From NCBI RefSeq assembly GCF_023055435.1, contig NW_025963890.1, positions 34,472,001 through 34,536,000 of the forward strand: a stretch of DNA of 64,000 bases, in the 5' to 3' direction. Under the pieces are notes generated by a model. It had not been told where the DNA came from and did no database searches. It worked only from the letters and a program-made list of their open reading frames with translations. The translations under genes and the position numbers were made by a program. Every line of letters begins with the position of its first letter. Positions within the stretch are counted from its first letter, which is position 1. Source of the stretch: Haliotis rufescens. Lineage: Eukaryota. Shown in pieces: positions 63,321 through 64,000 of the stretch.

Positions 63321-64000
63321 CAACACTGGGATTATGCTTGTTATTTGTAGATGTGGGCAACACTGAAATTATGCATGTAATATGTAGATGTGGGCAACAT
63401 TGGGATTATGCTTGTAATTTGTAGATGTGGGCAACATTGGGATTATGCTTGTAATTTGTAGATGTGGGCAACACTGGGATTATGCTTGTAATTTGTAGAT
63501 GTGGGCAACACTGAGATTATGCTTGTTATTTGTAGATGTGGGCAACATTGGGATTATGCTTGTAATTTGTAGATGTTGGCAACACTGAGATTATGCTTGT
63601 TATTTGTAGATGTGGGCAACACTGGGATTATGCTTGTAATTTGTAGATGTGGGCAACACTGAGATTATGCTTGTTATTTGTAGATGTGGGCAACACTGGG
63701 ATTATGCTTGTAATTTGTAGATGTTGGCAACACTGGGATTATGCTTGTAATTTGTAGATGTGGGCAATACTGAGATTATGCTTGTAATTTGTAGATGTGG
63801 TCAACATTGGGATTATGCTTGTAATTTGTAGATGTGGGCAACACTGGGATAATGCTTGTAATTTGTAGATGTGGGCAATACTGAGATTATGCTTGTAATT
63901 TGTAGATGTGGTCAACATTGGGATTATTCTTGTAATTTGTAGATGTGGGCAACACTAAGATTATGCTTGTAATTTGTAGATGTGGGCAACACTGAGATAA
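63321..64000. repeat. 37-bp tandem repeat (CAACACTGGGATTATGCTTGTAATTTGTAGATGTGGG)n, >=18 copies, runs off the window end
   Basis: Period 37 read directly (units at 63321, 63358, ...); no unique spacers. Confidence 0.97.

Noticed and set aside
63321-64000. 37-bp repeats as a CRISPR array
   Set aside because: Units are head-to-tail with no unique spacers, there are no cas genes, and the context is eukaryotic.

Overview
AT-rich, intron-containing eukaryotic genomic DNA. It is probably molluscan, possibly abalone-like; this is inferred from the SINE types and the EGF-repeat style and is not proven. The backbone is a tandem, all-(+)-strand cluster of six apparently intact genes for Cys-rich EGF-like-repeat cell-surface proteins of the MEGF10/11-SCARF-like type (G1 5423-7400, G2 10912-13539, G3 15760-17962, G4 38139-39820, G5 49243-51099, G6 58317-60630). 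The cluster also holds a pseudogene that has lost its ectodomain (~44405-45400) and a decayed EGF pseudo-exon in an intron of G6. I spliced all six by hand at GT-AG sites. Each has one or two tiny signal-peptide exons and the whole ectodomain on ONE symmetric phase 1-1 exon, followed by a variable anchor module. Only G2 has a clear transmembrane helix plus a long Tyr-motif (ITIM-like) cytoplasmic tail. G1, G3 and G5 end in GPI-signal-like tails. G4 and G6 have a hydrophobic segment plus a ~70-aa tail ending in a conserved FVNWRFQRPSIS motif. That motif coincides with a small RNA hairpin that persists with compensatory base changes in G5, where it is no longer coding. The rest of the window is transposon debris: four large Tc1 copies plus a relic (two form an inverted pair bracketing G1), a mariner, an RNase H-bearing LINE, APE-LINE and Penelope-like relics with degenerate hammerhead-like motifs, four SINE families, MITEs, two long perfect palindromes and 15-, 33- and 37-bp tandem repeats.
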